Below are positions 27,684-37,436 of a stretch of 37,436 bases of DNA, piece by piece. Both the position numbers and the translations under genes were made by a program. The first letter of the stretch is position 1. Each line of letters starts with the position of its first letter. Source of the DNA: Thermoanaerobaculia bacterium. GTDB taxonomy: Bacteria > Acidobacteriota > Thermoanaerobaculia > Gp7-AA8. The notes beneath the pieces are model-generated. The model saw only the letters and a list, made by a program, of their open reading frames with translations, was not told the origin of the DNA and made no database searches. The stretch spans positions 1 to 37,436 of the forward strand of contig DATBSF010000438.1 in NCBI GenBank assembly GCA_036559905.1. Direction: 5' to 3'.

Positions 27684-27818
27684 CTAGACAGCGAGACGCT
27701 TGCGGCCCTTACGGCGACGGCGCGACAGCACCGCCTGACCGTCCTTGCGTCGCATGCGAACCAAAAATCCGTGAGTCCGCTTACGGCGGCGATTATTCGG
27801 CTGGAACGTGCGCTTCAT
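27684..27818 (-). CDS. rpmH: 50S ribosomal protein L34
   Basis: Absent from the ORF track because it is under 60 aa. ATG 27818 to TAG 27684 translates to [52 protein letters not shown] lies upstream. Confidence 0.95.
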   Translation of the reverse strand: MKRTFQPNNRRRKRTHGFLVRMRRKDGQAVLSRRRRKGRKRLAV

Positions 27819-27849
27819 GTCTAGTTAACCCTCTGAAAAGAAAGCGGTG

Positions 27850-27878
27850 AGTATAGTGACCACTCGCGGCAGCGTCAA
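27850..27878 (-). promoter_or_regulatory. sigma70-type promoter for rpmH-rnpA
   Basis: On the minus strand: TTGACG (27878-27873), a 17-nt spacer, then TATACT (27855-27850). This lies about 30 nt upstream of the rpmH ATG. Confidence 0.6.
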
Positions 27879-27942
27879 ACAGGTCCCGCCGGAGCATGCC
27901 GCTCAACGTGAGCCCGGCGGGGGCTATTCCGATATCTACCCT

Positions 27943-27990
27943 ATTGCAAGACGCATTTCGAGCTTGCATATTTTCTTTTTGTGCTAGTAT
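27943..27990 (+). promoter_or_regulatory. candidate dnaA promoter(s) in an AT-rich patch
   Basis: Candidate 1: TTGCAA (27943-48), 18 nt, CATATT (27967-72). Candidate 2: TTGCAT (27964-69) with an extended -10 TGcTAGTAT (27982-90). The region is locally AT-rich ('catattttctttttgtgctagtat'). Confidence 0.35.
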
Positions 27991-27999
27991 CGGCTCCCG

Positions 28000-28047
28000 T
28001 TTTCCACAGGCAAAGGTTTTCCACAACTGTGGAAAAGTTGTGGATTT
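28000..28047. promoter_or_regulatory. cluster of four DnaA boxes upstream of dnaA (autoregulation and/or oriC part)
   Basis: TTTTCCACA (28000-08), TTTTCCACA (28017-25), TGTGGAAAA (28028-36) and TGTGGATTT (28039-47). Boxes 2 and 3 form the perfect 20-bp palindrome TTTTCCACAACTGTGGAAAA. Confidence 0.75.
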
Positions 28048-28072
28048 TCAGAAGGTTAGAGCGTCCCGCCCG

Positions 28073-29383
28073 ATGAACATTTGGAAGCAGGTCCTCGATC
28101 GGCTGGAGCAAGATATTGACAGGACTGAGTATGTCACCTGGTTTGCTCCGACCCGCTTTTTGGCCCAAAAAGGCGACACTCTGGATGTAAGCGTCCCGTC
28201 GCAACGGTTTGTCGATGCGATCCGTGAACGCTACGGCCAGCAGCTCCGCAGCATCCTCGGCGAAGTAGCCACCGATCGGCTCAATCTCCACTTCATCCCC
28301 GACGCCGGCACGGCCATGGATCTTTCCGCCGTTCCCGCGGCCACAGCGACGGAAGTCCCGATCCCGACCTCGATTTTCAACCCGCGGTACCGTTTCACGA
28401 GCTTTGTCGTCGGCAGTTCCAACCAGCTCGCCTACGCCGCGTCGCTGTCGATCGCCGAAAATCCGAGCGGCTCCTTTAATCCGCTCTTCATTTACGGCGG
28501 CGCCGGACTCGGCAAAACCCATCTCATCCAGGCGATCGGCCAGCAGATTCGCGATTCGAACCCTCGGCTCAAGGTCACGTACATGTCCGCCGACTCGTTC
28601 GTGACGGAGCTGATCACGTCAATCCGCTACGACAAAATGCAGCAGTTCCGCGATCGCTATCGCACTGTCGACGCGTTGCTGCTCGACGACATCCAGTTCC
28701 TGGCCGGCAAAGAACGCACGCAGGAAGAGTTCTTCCATACGTTCAACGCACTCTACGAAGCGCAGAAACAGATTGTCTTCACTTCCGACGCGCAGCCGAA
28801 AGACATCCCGACACTCGAAGAGCGGCTGCGTTCGCGATTCGAATGGGGACTCATCGCTGACATTCAGCCACCCGATCTCGAAACCAAGGTCGCCATCCTT
28901 CGAAAAAAAGCCGAGGACAAGAAAATCGATCTGCCGCAGGAAGTGGCGCTCTTCATCGCCGAACGCGTGCGCTCAAACATCCGCGAGCTCGAAGGTCACC
29001 TCAATCGCGTGGGTGCCTTCGCGTCCCTCACCGGCAACCGTCTGAGCATCGATCTGGCGAAGGAAGCGCTCAAAGATCTGTTGACTAAAGAAAACAAACC
29101 CATCACTGGTCCTGAGATCATCAAGGTGGTCGCGGCGCACTACGGACTCAAGGTGTCGGACTTGAAATCAAAGTCCAACGCGCGGACGATCGCCTTCCCC
29201 CGGCAGGTCGCGATGTTCATCTGCAAGGAGTTGACGGACCTCTCGTATCCGGAGATCGGACGACTGTTCAATGACAAGCACCACTCGACGGTGATGTACT
29301 CCGTCGACAAGATCGATCAGATGCGGCAGGACGATAACGATCTGTCGCGTACGATCGAAATGCTCGGCAAACAATTTCGTTGA
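28073..29383 (+). CDS. dnaA: chromosomal replication initiator protein DnaA
   Basis: The ORF is trimmed to ATG 28073, giving 'MNIWKQVLDRLEQDI'. Walker A 'GGAGLGKTHL', 'LLLDDIQFLAGKE', and the domain IV signature 'RQVAMFICKELTDLSYPEIGRLFNDKHHSTVMYS'. Confidence 0.95.
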   Translation: MNIWKQVLDRLEQDIDRTEYVTWFAPTRFLAQKGDTLDVSVPSQRFVDAIRERYGQQLRSILGEVATDRLNLHFIPDAGTAMDLSAVPAATATEVPIPTSIFNPRYRFTSFVVGSSNQLAYAASLSIAENPSGSFNPLFIYGGAGLGKTHLIQAIGQQIRDSNPRLKVTYMSADSFVTELITSIRYDKMQQFRDRYRTVDALLLDDIQFLAGKERTQEEFFHTFNALYEAQKQIVFTSDAQPKDIPTLEERLRSRFEWGLIADIQPPDLETKVAILRKKAEDKKIDLPQEVALFIAERVRSNIRELEGHLNRVGAFASLTGNRLSIDLAKEALKDLLTKENKPITGPEIIKVVAAHYGLKVSDLKSKSNARTIAFPRQVAMFICKELTDLSYPEIGRLFNDKHHSTVMYSVDKIDQMRQDDNDLSRTIEMLGKQFR

Positions 29384-29388
29384 TAGGT

Positions 29389-29619
29389 TGCGGAAAGAGC
29401 ACGCGAAAAACTGTGGAGAATCTTCCAACGCGACACGGTCCCTTCGAAGCTGCGGAAAACTCGGGGTCTTCTCCGCTGTTTTTCATCAGCGAAACTCACA
29501 GTCTCACGCGATCATGACTGCTATACTTTTGAATCCTTTGCAGAAGAATCAACAAATCTCCGCACAGATCCACTACTACCACTACAAACTAGATAGACTC
29601 GGTTTCTAAGGATAGAGAC
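29389..29619. promoter_or_regulatory. candidate oriC segment in the dnaA-dnaN spacer (degenerate DnaA boxes plus AT-rich stretch)
   Basis: TGCGGAAAG (29389-97), TGTGGAGAA (29412-20), TGCGGAAAA (29451-59), reverse-oriented TTCTCCGC (29469-76) and ATCTCCGCA (29556-64). Positions 29511-29619 are clearly AT-richer than their surroundings ('ctatacttttgaatcctttgcagaagaatcaacaaatc...actacaaactagatagac'). Confidence 0.5.
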
Positions 29620-30744
29620 ATGGAGCTGACCGTCGCCAAGAATGATCTTCAAAAAGAGCTGCAGCTATGCCAGGGCGTGGTGGAGAAACGATCGACCATT
29701 CCGATCCTTTCGAACGTCTTGCTCAAGGCGGCCGATGGTCGCATGCAGATCGCTGCGACGGATCTCGACGTCACGATCCTGACTTCGTGCGCCGCGAAGG
29801 TGACGACGCCTGGTGGCGTGACGATCGAAGCGAAGCGGCTCTTCGATGTCGTGCGCTCGCTTCCTGACGATGACGTTCGCGTCCAGATGCAGGAAAACAA
29901 TCAGATGTTGATCGAGTCGGGAACGGCGAAGTTCCGGCTCCTGGGATTGCCGGCCGAGGATTATCCGACGCTTCCGACGGTGACGGCGACAGAGTCGTAC
30001 ACCATCCCTCTGGATGAATTGAAGACGATGGTCGCGAAGGTTCGGTTCGCGATCACGCATGAGGAAACGCGTTTCCAGCTCAACGGGGCGCTTCTCAAAG
30101 TGCAGCAGGCGAAGATGGAGATGGTTGCGACCGACGGGCATCGCATGGCGCTGATCAACTTCCCGCAGGGCAACGGGAAGAAAAAAGGTCACGAGCTGAC
30201 GATTCTGATTCCGCGAAAAGCGCTGGAGGAAATCCTGCGGCTCGAGGCGGGAGAGGACGGAACCGTAAAGTTTGGCGTCTCGGAGAATCATCTTTTCTTC
30301 GACGCCGGCGATCGGCGTCTGCTCGCGCGGATGATCGACGTCAACTTCCCGAACTACATGGAAGTGATCGCGCGCGACAACGATCGACACGTGATGGTGG
30401 ACCGCGAGCGGCTGCTGTCGACGATTCGACGCATCTCGCTGGTTGCCAATGAGCGGACGCGCGCGGTGCGATTCGACTTCGCGCCCGGCAAGCTCACGGT
30501 GTCATCGACCAATCCGGAGCTCGGCGATGCGCGCGAAACGGTGCCGATCGATTACGCCGGCAATCCATTCTTCGTCGGACTGAATGCAGCGTACGTCACC
30601 GATTTTCTCAGCGCGGTCGACACGCCGCAGGTGAGTCTCGATCTGAAGGACGAGAACAGCCAGTGCATCGGCAAGCCGTCGACGAGCAGCGATGATCTGC
30701 CGTACGAGTATCTGTACGTCGTGATGCCGATGCGTCTCGCGTGA
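29620..30744 (+). CDS. dnaN: DNA polymerase III subunit beta (sliding clamp)
   Basis: 374 aa. 'ILSNVLLKA', 'MVATDGHRMAL' and 'YLYVVMPMRL'. An AAGGA SD lies 7 nt upstream. Confidence 0.95.
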   Translation: MELTVAKNDLQKELQLCQGVVEKRSTIPILSNVLLKAADGRMQIAATDLDVTILTSCAAKVTTPGGVTIEAKRLFDVVRSLPDDDVRVQMQENNQMLIESGTAKFRLLGLPAEDYPTLPTVTATESYTIPLDELKTMVAKVRFAITHEETRFQLNGALLKVQQAKMEMVATDGHRMALINFPQGNGKKKGHELTILIPRKALEEILRLEAGEDGTVKFGVSENHLFFDAGDRRLLARMIDVNFPNYMEVIARDNDRHVMVDRERLLSTIRRISLVANERTRAVRFDFAPGKLTVSSTNPELGDARETVPIDYAGNPFFVGLNAAYVTDFLSAVDTPQVSLDLKDENSQCIGKPSTSSDDLPYEYLYVVMPMRLA

Positions 30745-31817
30745 TTCTGACGCGGATCACCGCTCGCAACTTCCGCAATCTCGCCGACGCCCCGATCGAC
30801 TTTCATCCCGCGACCAATCTCGTCGTCGGACGCAATGGCCAGGGGAAGACGAATCTACTCGAGGCGATCTACTTTCTCGCGACGACGAAATCATTTCGCA
30901 CCCCGCGGCTGGCGAGCGTCATCCGATTCGGCGAGAGCAACGTGTACGCTGCCGGCGTGTTGCGCCGCCTCGATGTTGAAAAAACGATCTCGGTCGGACT
31001 CGAGCTTGGCGAGCAGCGCCGTCGCGTTCTCCTGATCAACGAAGAGCGGGTCACGCTTCCGAACTACGTCGCGGCGATGAGCGTCTTCGCATTTTCTTCC
31101 GCGCGACTGGAGATCATTCGCGGCGCACCGGAAGAGCGGCGGAGATTTCTCGATCGTGGGATCGCCAGCGTCGAGCCGTCGTACCTCGAAGCGCTGAATC
31201 GTTACGGTCGAATTCTCAAGCAGCGAAATGCGCTACTGCAAAGCGGACGCGCGACGCCGGCGGCGCTCGATCCGTGGGACGCGGAGTTCACGGAAGCTGG
31301 CGGGACGATTCAACGGGTGCGCGGCGCGTACACCGAGTTGCTCGCGCGGAAGTTCGACTCGATCGTCGCGGAACATGGCTATCACCTGGCCGGCCTGCAC
31401 ATCGATTACAGGCCCAGCAGCGTTGACGATTTGCGATCTCTACGCCGTGAAGAGTTGCGCACACGCGTCAGCCTGACCGGCCCGCAGCGCGACAACCTGG
31501 ACTTCACCATCGACGGCCGCAACGCGTCCGAAGTCGCGTCGTCGGGCGAGCTGAAGATGGTCGTGCTGTTCCTGAAATTCGCGAAACTCGAGCTTTTCCG
31601 GGACAAATTCGACGAACCGGCGGTCTTTCTTCTGGACGATATCGATGCCGAGCTCGACTACGAAATTCTGCAAAAATTACTCACGAAATTACCTGCTAAA
31701 ACGCAGGTTTTCGCCACCTCCGCCAAGGAGCGATTTCTACCGGCTTTAGAGGGCCGAGCACACCGGCGCTTAACGATTGAAAACGGGCAGGTTACAGTCG
31801 TCCGAGATTTCGCATAA
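30741..31817 (+). CDS. recF: DNA replication/repair protein RecF
   Basis: 358 aa. Walker A 'GRNGQGKTNLLEAIY', signature 'SSGELKMVVLFLKFA' and Walker B 'VFLLDDIDAELD'. The GTG start overlaps the dnaN stop. Confidence 0.93.
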   Translation: MILTRITARNFRNLADAPIDFHPATNLVVGRNGQGKTNLLEAIYFLATTKSFRTPRLASVIRFGESNVYAAGVLRRLDVEKTISVGLELGEQRRRVLLINEERVTLPNYVAAMSVFAFSSARLEIIRGAPEERRRFLDRGIASVEPSYLEALNRYGRILKQRNALLQSGRATPAALDPWDAEFTEAGGTIQRVRGAYTELLARKFDSIVAEHGYHLAGLHIDYRPSSVDDLRSLRREELRTRVSLTGPQRDNLDFTIDGRNASEVASSGELKMVVLFLKFAKLELFRDKFDEPAVFLLDDIDAELDYEILQKLLTKLPAKTQVFATSAKERFLPALEGRAHRRLTIENGQVTVVRDFA

Positions 31818-31933
31818 ACGCGGCGAGAAAACGCAATTTCACGGTACAATTTAGCGTTACGTTTCGCGGTGCAACCCTCTCGCAAATCCCACCGGGTCCA
31901 GCCAGCCAAAAAGTGCCGTTAGAAAGCGAATAG

Positions 31934-34321
<2,388 letters not shown>

Positions 34322-36901
34322 ATGGCTGACTTCGACTACCAGAACTTCATCGATCAAAAACTGCCGGTCAACATCGAAGACGAGATGCGCAAGTCGTATC
34401 TCGACTATGCGATGTCTGTCATCATCGGCCGCGCGCTCCCCGATGTCCGCGACGGTCTGAAGCCCGTCCACCGCCGCATCCTCTACGGGATGTACGAGCA
34501 GGGGAACACCGCCGGCCGCGCTTACAAGAAATCGGCGCGCATCGTCGGCGACGTGATGGGCAAATACCATCCGCACGGCGACAGCGCGATTTACGACGCA
34601 GTCGTCCGCATGGCGCAGAGTTTCTCGATGCGCTACGAGCTCGTCGACGGGCAGGGCAACTTCGGGTCGCTCGATGGCGACAACCCGGCGGCCATGCGCT
34701 ACACCGAAGTCCGCCTGACGCGCCTCGCTGAAGAGCTGATGCGCGACGACATCGAGAAAGAAACCGTCGACTGGGTGCCGAATTACGACGGCACCGAGCG
34801 CGAACCGTCCGTTCTTCCCGCGAAGTTCCCGAACCTGCTCGTGAATGGCTCGTCCGGCATCGCCGTCGGCATGGCCACCAACATCCCCCCCCACAACCTC
34901 GGCGAAGTCATCGACGCCTGTTTGATGGTGATCGAGAAGCCGAAGGCCACCGTGCCGGAGCTGATGAAGGTCATGCCTGGCCCCGATTTCCCGACCGCCG
35001 GCTTCATTCACGGGCTCGAGGGCATCTATCAGGCGTACACCACCGGACGCGGCATCGTGCAGATGCGCGCCCGCGCGGTCATCGAGACATCGAAGAAAGG
35101 CGACAAGCAGCAGATCGTCGTGACGGAGATTCCGTACATGACGAACAAGGCGCGCCTGATCGAGAAGATCGCGGAGATGGTCCGCGAGAAGCGGCTCGAC
35201 GGCATCGCCGATCTGCGCGACGAATCGGATCGCGAAGGCATCCGCATCGTCGTCGAGCTGAAGCGCGGCGAAGTCCCCGAGATCGTTCTCAATAATCTCT
35301 ATCGCAACACGCAGATGCAGACGACGTTCGGAATCATTTTCCTGGCGATCGTCAACAACAAGCCGGAAGTTATGGATCTCCCGACGATGCTGCGGCACTT
35401 CGTCGAGCATCGCAAAGAGATCGTCGTTCGGCGCACGCGCTTCGATCTGAAGAAAGCCGAAGAGCGCGAACATATCCTCGCGGGACTCGTCATCGCGCTC
35501 GATAACATCGATCGCGTGATCGCATTGATCCGCGGCAGCAAGACTCCGCCCGACGCCAAAGCGGCGTTGATGACGGAGTTCGGTCTGAGCGATCTGCAGT
35601 CGCAGGCGATTCTCGACATGCGGCTGCAGCGTTTGACCAGCCTCGAAGCTGGAAAGGTTCGCGAAGAGCGCGAGGAAGTCCTCGCCACCATCAAGAAACT
35701 CCGCGAGATCCTCGGATCCGAGCAGCTCGTGCTCAGCATCATTTCGGACGAGCTCCGTCAGATCAAAGAGCAGTACGGCGACAAACGCCGCACCGAGATC
35801 GTGGCCGAGGCGAACGAGATCACGATCGAGGACATGATCGCCGACGAGGACATGGTCATCACCGTGTCGCGCGGCGGATACATCAAGCGCTCGCCGCTGT
35901 CGCTCTATCGGCAGCAGCGCCGCGGCGGCAAAGGTCGCATCGGAATGGCCACGAAGGAAGAGGACATCGTCGAGCATCTGTTCGTTGCGTCGACGCATGC
36001 CTATGTCCTTGTGTTCACCGATAAAGGCCGTCTGTACTGGCTCAAAGTGCATGCGATACCGGAAGTTGGATCGAATGCGCGCGGAAAGGCGATCGTCAAT
36101 CTGCTCTCAGTCGAAGCAGGCGAGAGTGTTCGCGCACTGCTGACCGTGCGCGATTTCCCGGAAGGCAAGTTCGTCGTGATGGCGACGCGCGCCGGCAAGA
36201 TCAAGAAGACCGATCTCTCGTCATTCTCGAATGTCCGGCAGACGGGAATCATCGCGATCGACATCAACGAAGGCGACGATCTTTACGCCGCGCGGCTTTC
36301 CGATGGGCAGTCGGACATCTTCATCGGTACGCACGGCGGCCGCGCGATTCGTTTTCACGAATCCGAGGTCCGTCCGATGGGCCGAGGCGCATCGGGAGTC
36401 AAAGGCATTTCACTGCGCGAAGGCGATCACGTCATCGAGATGGACGTGCTGCCTGCGTCGACCGAGGCCGTGACTGCCGACGAGACGCGCGAGGCTGCGG
36501 AGAGCGACGCCGAGATCGTCGCGACCGACAGCCGCGGCTACATGCTGACTGTTACCGAACGCGGCTTCGGCAAACGCACACCTGTGTCGCTCTACCCGCT
36601 CGTGCATCGCGGCGGAATGGGCGTGATCAACATCAAGGTGACCGACAAGAACGGCAAGGTCGCGGGCATCGCGCACGTCGTCGATGACGATCAGCTGCTG
36701 CTCATCACCGAGCAGGGCATGATCATCCGCACGCGGGTCAGAGATTTGCGCTCGATGGGCCGCTCTACGCAGGGCGTGAAGGTCATCAATGTCGAGGAGA
36801 ATGATCACGTCGTCGCGGCCGTGAAGCTGGTGGAGAAGGAAACCGGCGACGAGACTGTCGTCGAGCCGACACCACCTCCGACCGACGAACCCGTGCACTG
36901 A
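34322..36901 (+). CDS. gyrA: DNA gyrase subunit A
   Basis: 859 aa. '[15 protein letters not shown]', catalytic Tyr in '[10 protein letters not shown]', and C-terminal beta-pinwheel repeats. It starts 1 nt after the gyrB stop. Confidence 0.97.
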   Translation: MADFDYQNFIDQKLPVNIEDEMRKSYLDYAMSVIIGRALPDVRDGLKPVHRRILYGMYEQGNTAGRAYKKSARIVGDVMGKYHPHGDSAIYDAVVRMAQSFSMRYELVDGQGNFGSLDGDNPAAMRYTEVRLTRLAEELMRDDIEKETVDWVPNYDGTEREPSVLPAKFPNLLVNGSSGIAVGMATNIPPHNLGEVIDACLMVIEKPKATVPELMKVMPGPDFPTAGFIHGLEGIYQAYTTGRGIVQMRARAVIETSKKGDKQQIVVTEIPYMTNKARLIEKIAEMVREKRLDGIADLRDESDREGIRIVVELKRGEVPEIVLNNLYRNTQMQTTFGIIFLAIVNNKPEVMDLPTMLRHFVEHRKEIVVRRTRFDLKKAEEREHILAGLVIALDNIDRVIALIRGSKTPPDAKAALMTEFGLSDLQSQAILDMRLQRLTSLEAGKVREEREEVLATIKKLREILGSEQLVLSIISDELRQIKEQYGDKRRTEIVAEANEITIEDMIADEDMVITVSRGGYIKRSPLSLYRQQRRGGKGRIGMATKEEDIVEHLFVASTHAYVLVFTDKGRLYWLKVHAIPEVGSNARGKAIVNLLSVEAGESVRALLTVRDFPEGKFVVMATRAGKIKKTDLSSFSNVRQTGIIAIDINEGDDLYAARLSDGQSDIFIGTHGGRAIRFHESEVRPMGRGASGVKGISLREGDHVIEMDVLPASTEAVTADETREAAESDAEIVATDSRGYMLTVTERGFGKRTPVSLYPLVHRGGMGVINIKVTDKNGKVAGIAHVVDDDQLLLITEQGMIIRTRVRDLRSMGRSTQGVKVINVEENDHVVAAVKLVEKETGDETVVEPTPPPTDEPVH

Positions 36902-37436
36902 TGCCGGGCTCGCTCTTCCCGACCACGCGGCGAAGTGTTGTCGAAGCACTTCGCAGCGAGGATGTGGCAGAGCGCTCCCGTGCGTACGACACGCTCGCCG
37001 GCATTTACTGGAAGCCGCTGTACAAATTCGCCCGCATCGTTCGCGGCCGCGATCCGATTGAGGCGGAAGATCTGACCCAATCGTTCATGCTCGAGCTCCT
37101 GGAGGGAAAAGCGCTCGAGTCTTACGATCCTCAACGCGCGTCATTCCGAACATTTCTGCGATTGCTGTTCGATCGCAGTGTCGCAAATCTCGACAAGAAG
37201 GCGGCACGTCTCAAGCGCGGCGGTGCCACGACCCACGTTGATTTCTCGGACGCCGAGGTCGAGCTGAGTCGCGAGAGCGGCGAGCACGCGAACGCCGAGG
37301 AGTATTTCGAGCGACAGTGGGTGAAGAGTCTTCTGGCGATGGCAGTCGATCAGTGCCGGGAGGTTCTCGATCCGGTTTCGTTCGAGATCTTCGAGGCGTA
37401 CGATCTCGCGCCGGACTCGGGGATCACGTATGCGCA
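36901..37436 (+). CDS. sigma-70 family (ECF-type) RNA polymerase sigma factor, 5' partial (runs off the window)
   Basis: My own translation from ATG 36901 (TGATG overlap with the gyrA stop): [69 protein letters not shown]...RASFRTFLRLLFDRSVANLDKKAARLKRGG. This fits a region-2 pattern. The frame stays open to the window end. Confidence 0.6.
   Translation, partial: MPGSLFPTTRRSVVEALRSEDVAERSRAYDTLAGIYWKPLYKFARIVRGRDPIEAEDLTQSFMLELLEGKALESYDPQRASFRTFLRLLFDRSVANLDKKAARLKRGGATTHVDFSDAEVELSRESGEHANAEEYFERQWVKSLLAMAVDQCREVLDPVSFEIFEAYDLAPDSGITYA

Noticed and set aside
27896-28072. A 59-aa upstream extension of the dnaA ORF (start at 27896, or GTG at 28040).
   Set aside because: The extension covers the DnaA-box cluster and the AT-rich promoter patch. 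'MNIWKQVLDRLEQDI' at 28073 is a typical DnaA domain I start.
29388-29609. A 73-aa ORF (TTG start) filling the dnaA-dnaN spacer.
   Set aside because: Its composition changes to Gln, His, Asn and Tyr-rich simply because the DNA becomes AT-rich. There is no SD. The region is better explained by DnaA boxes plus a candidate unwinding element.
31818-31933. The recF-gyrB spacer, checked for the small DUF721/RemB-type gene often found there, or for a structured RNA.
   Set aside because: At 116 bp it is too short for that gene. It shows only imperfect short inverted repeats and a lone TACAAT hexamer without a convincing -35. Nothing supportable was found.

Overview
This is a GC-rich, very densely packed chromosomal segment around the replication origin of a diderm-type bacterium. 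Its protein repertoire fits an Acidobacteriota-like lineage, but the taxonomy cannot be verified here. All calls rest on motif recognition by eye, with no database search.

Gene layout:
- A minus-strand chain, rpmH-rnpA-yidD-yidC-jag-mnmE-mnmG-rsmG-parA-parB-bactofilin, runs from 27.8 kb down to 18.9 kb. Most junctions are 1-4 nt overlaps.
- It diverges at about 27.82-28.07 kb from a plus-strand chain, dnaA-dnaN-recF-gyrB-gyrA, followed by a partial ECF-type sigma factor that runs to the window end.
- DnaA-box clusters flank dnaA on both sides.
- Two near-perfect parS sites lie in the mnmE/mnmG/rsmG/parA junctions.
- Further left is a minus-strand F1Fo ATP synthase operon, b'-b-delta-alpha-gamma-beta-epsilon. 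It has no a or c subunit genes.
- Left of that lie a membrane ankyrin-repeat protein and a four-gene minus-strand block (degenerate histidine-kinase-like protein, frameshifted sigma54 response regulator, Asp-box beta-propeller, GG-terminated MoaD/ThiS-like protein).
- The leftmost genes are topA, a secreted ADA2-like deaminase, metX, a small PspC-domain protein and an ATP-dependent DNA ligase.

I saw no rRNA, tRNA, CRISPR array, transposase or integrase.

The window is mostly core housekeeping, and I cannot point to a convincing new multi-gene system. The least explained parts are:
- the 7.08-10.49 kb block;
- the heptamer-repeat hairpin between atpG and atpD;
- the parAB-bactofilin coupling;
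- the missing canonical start codon of rnpA.
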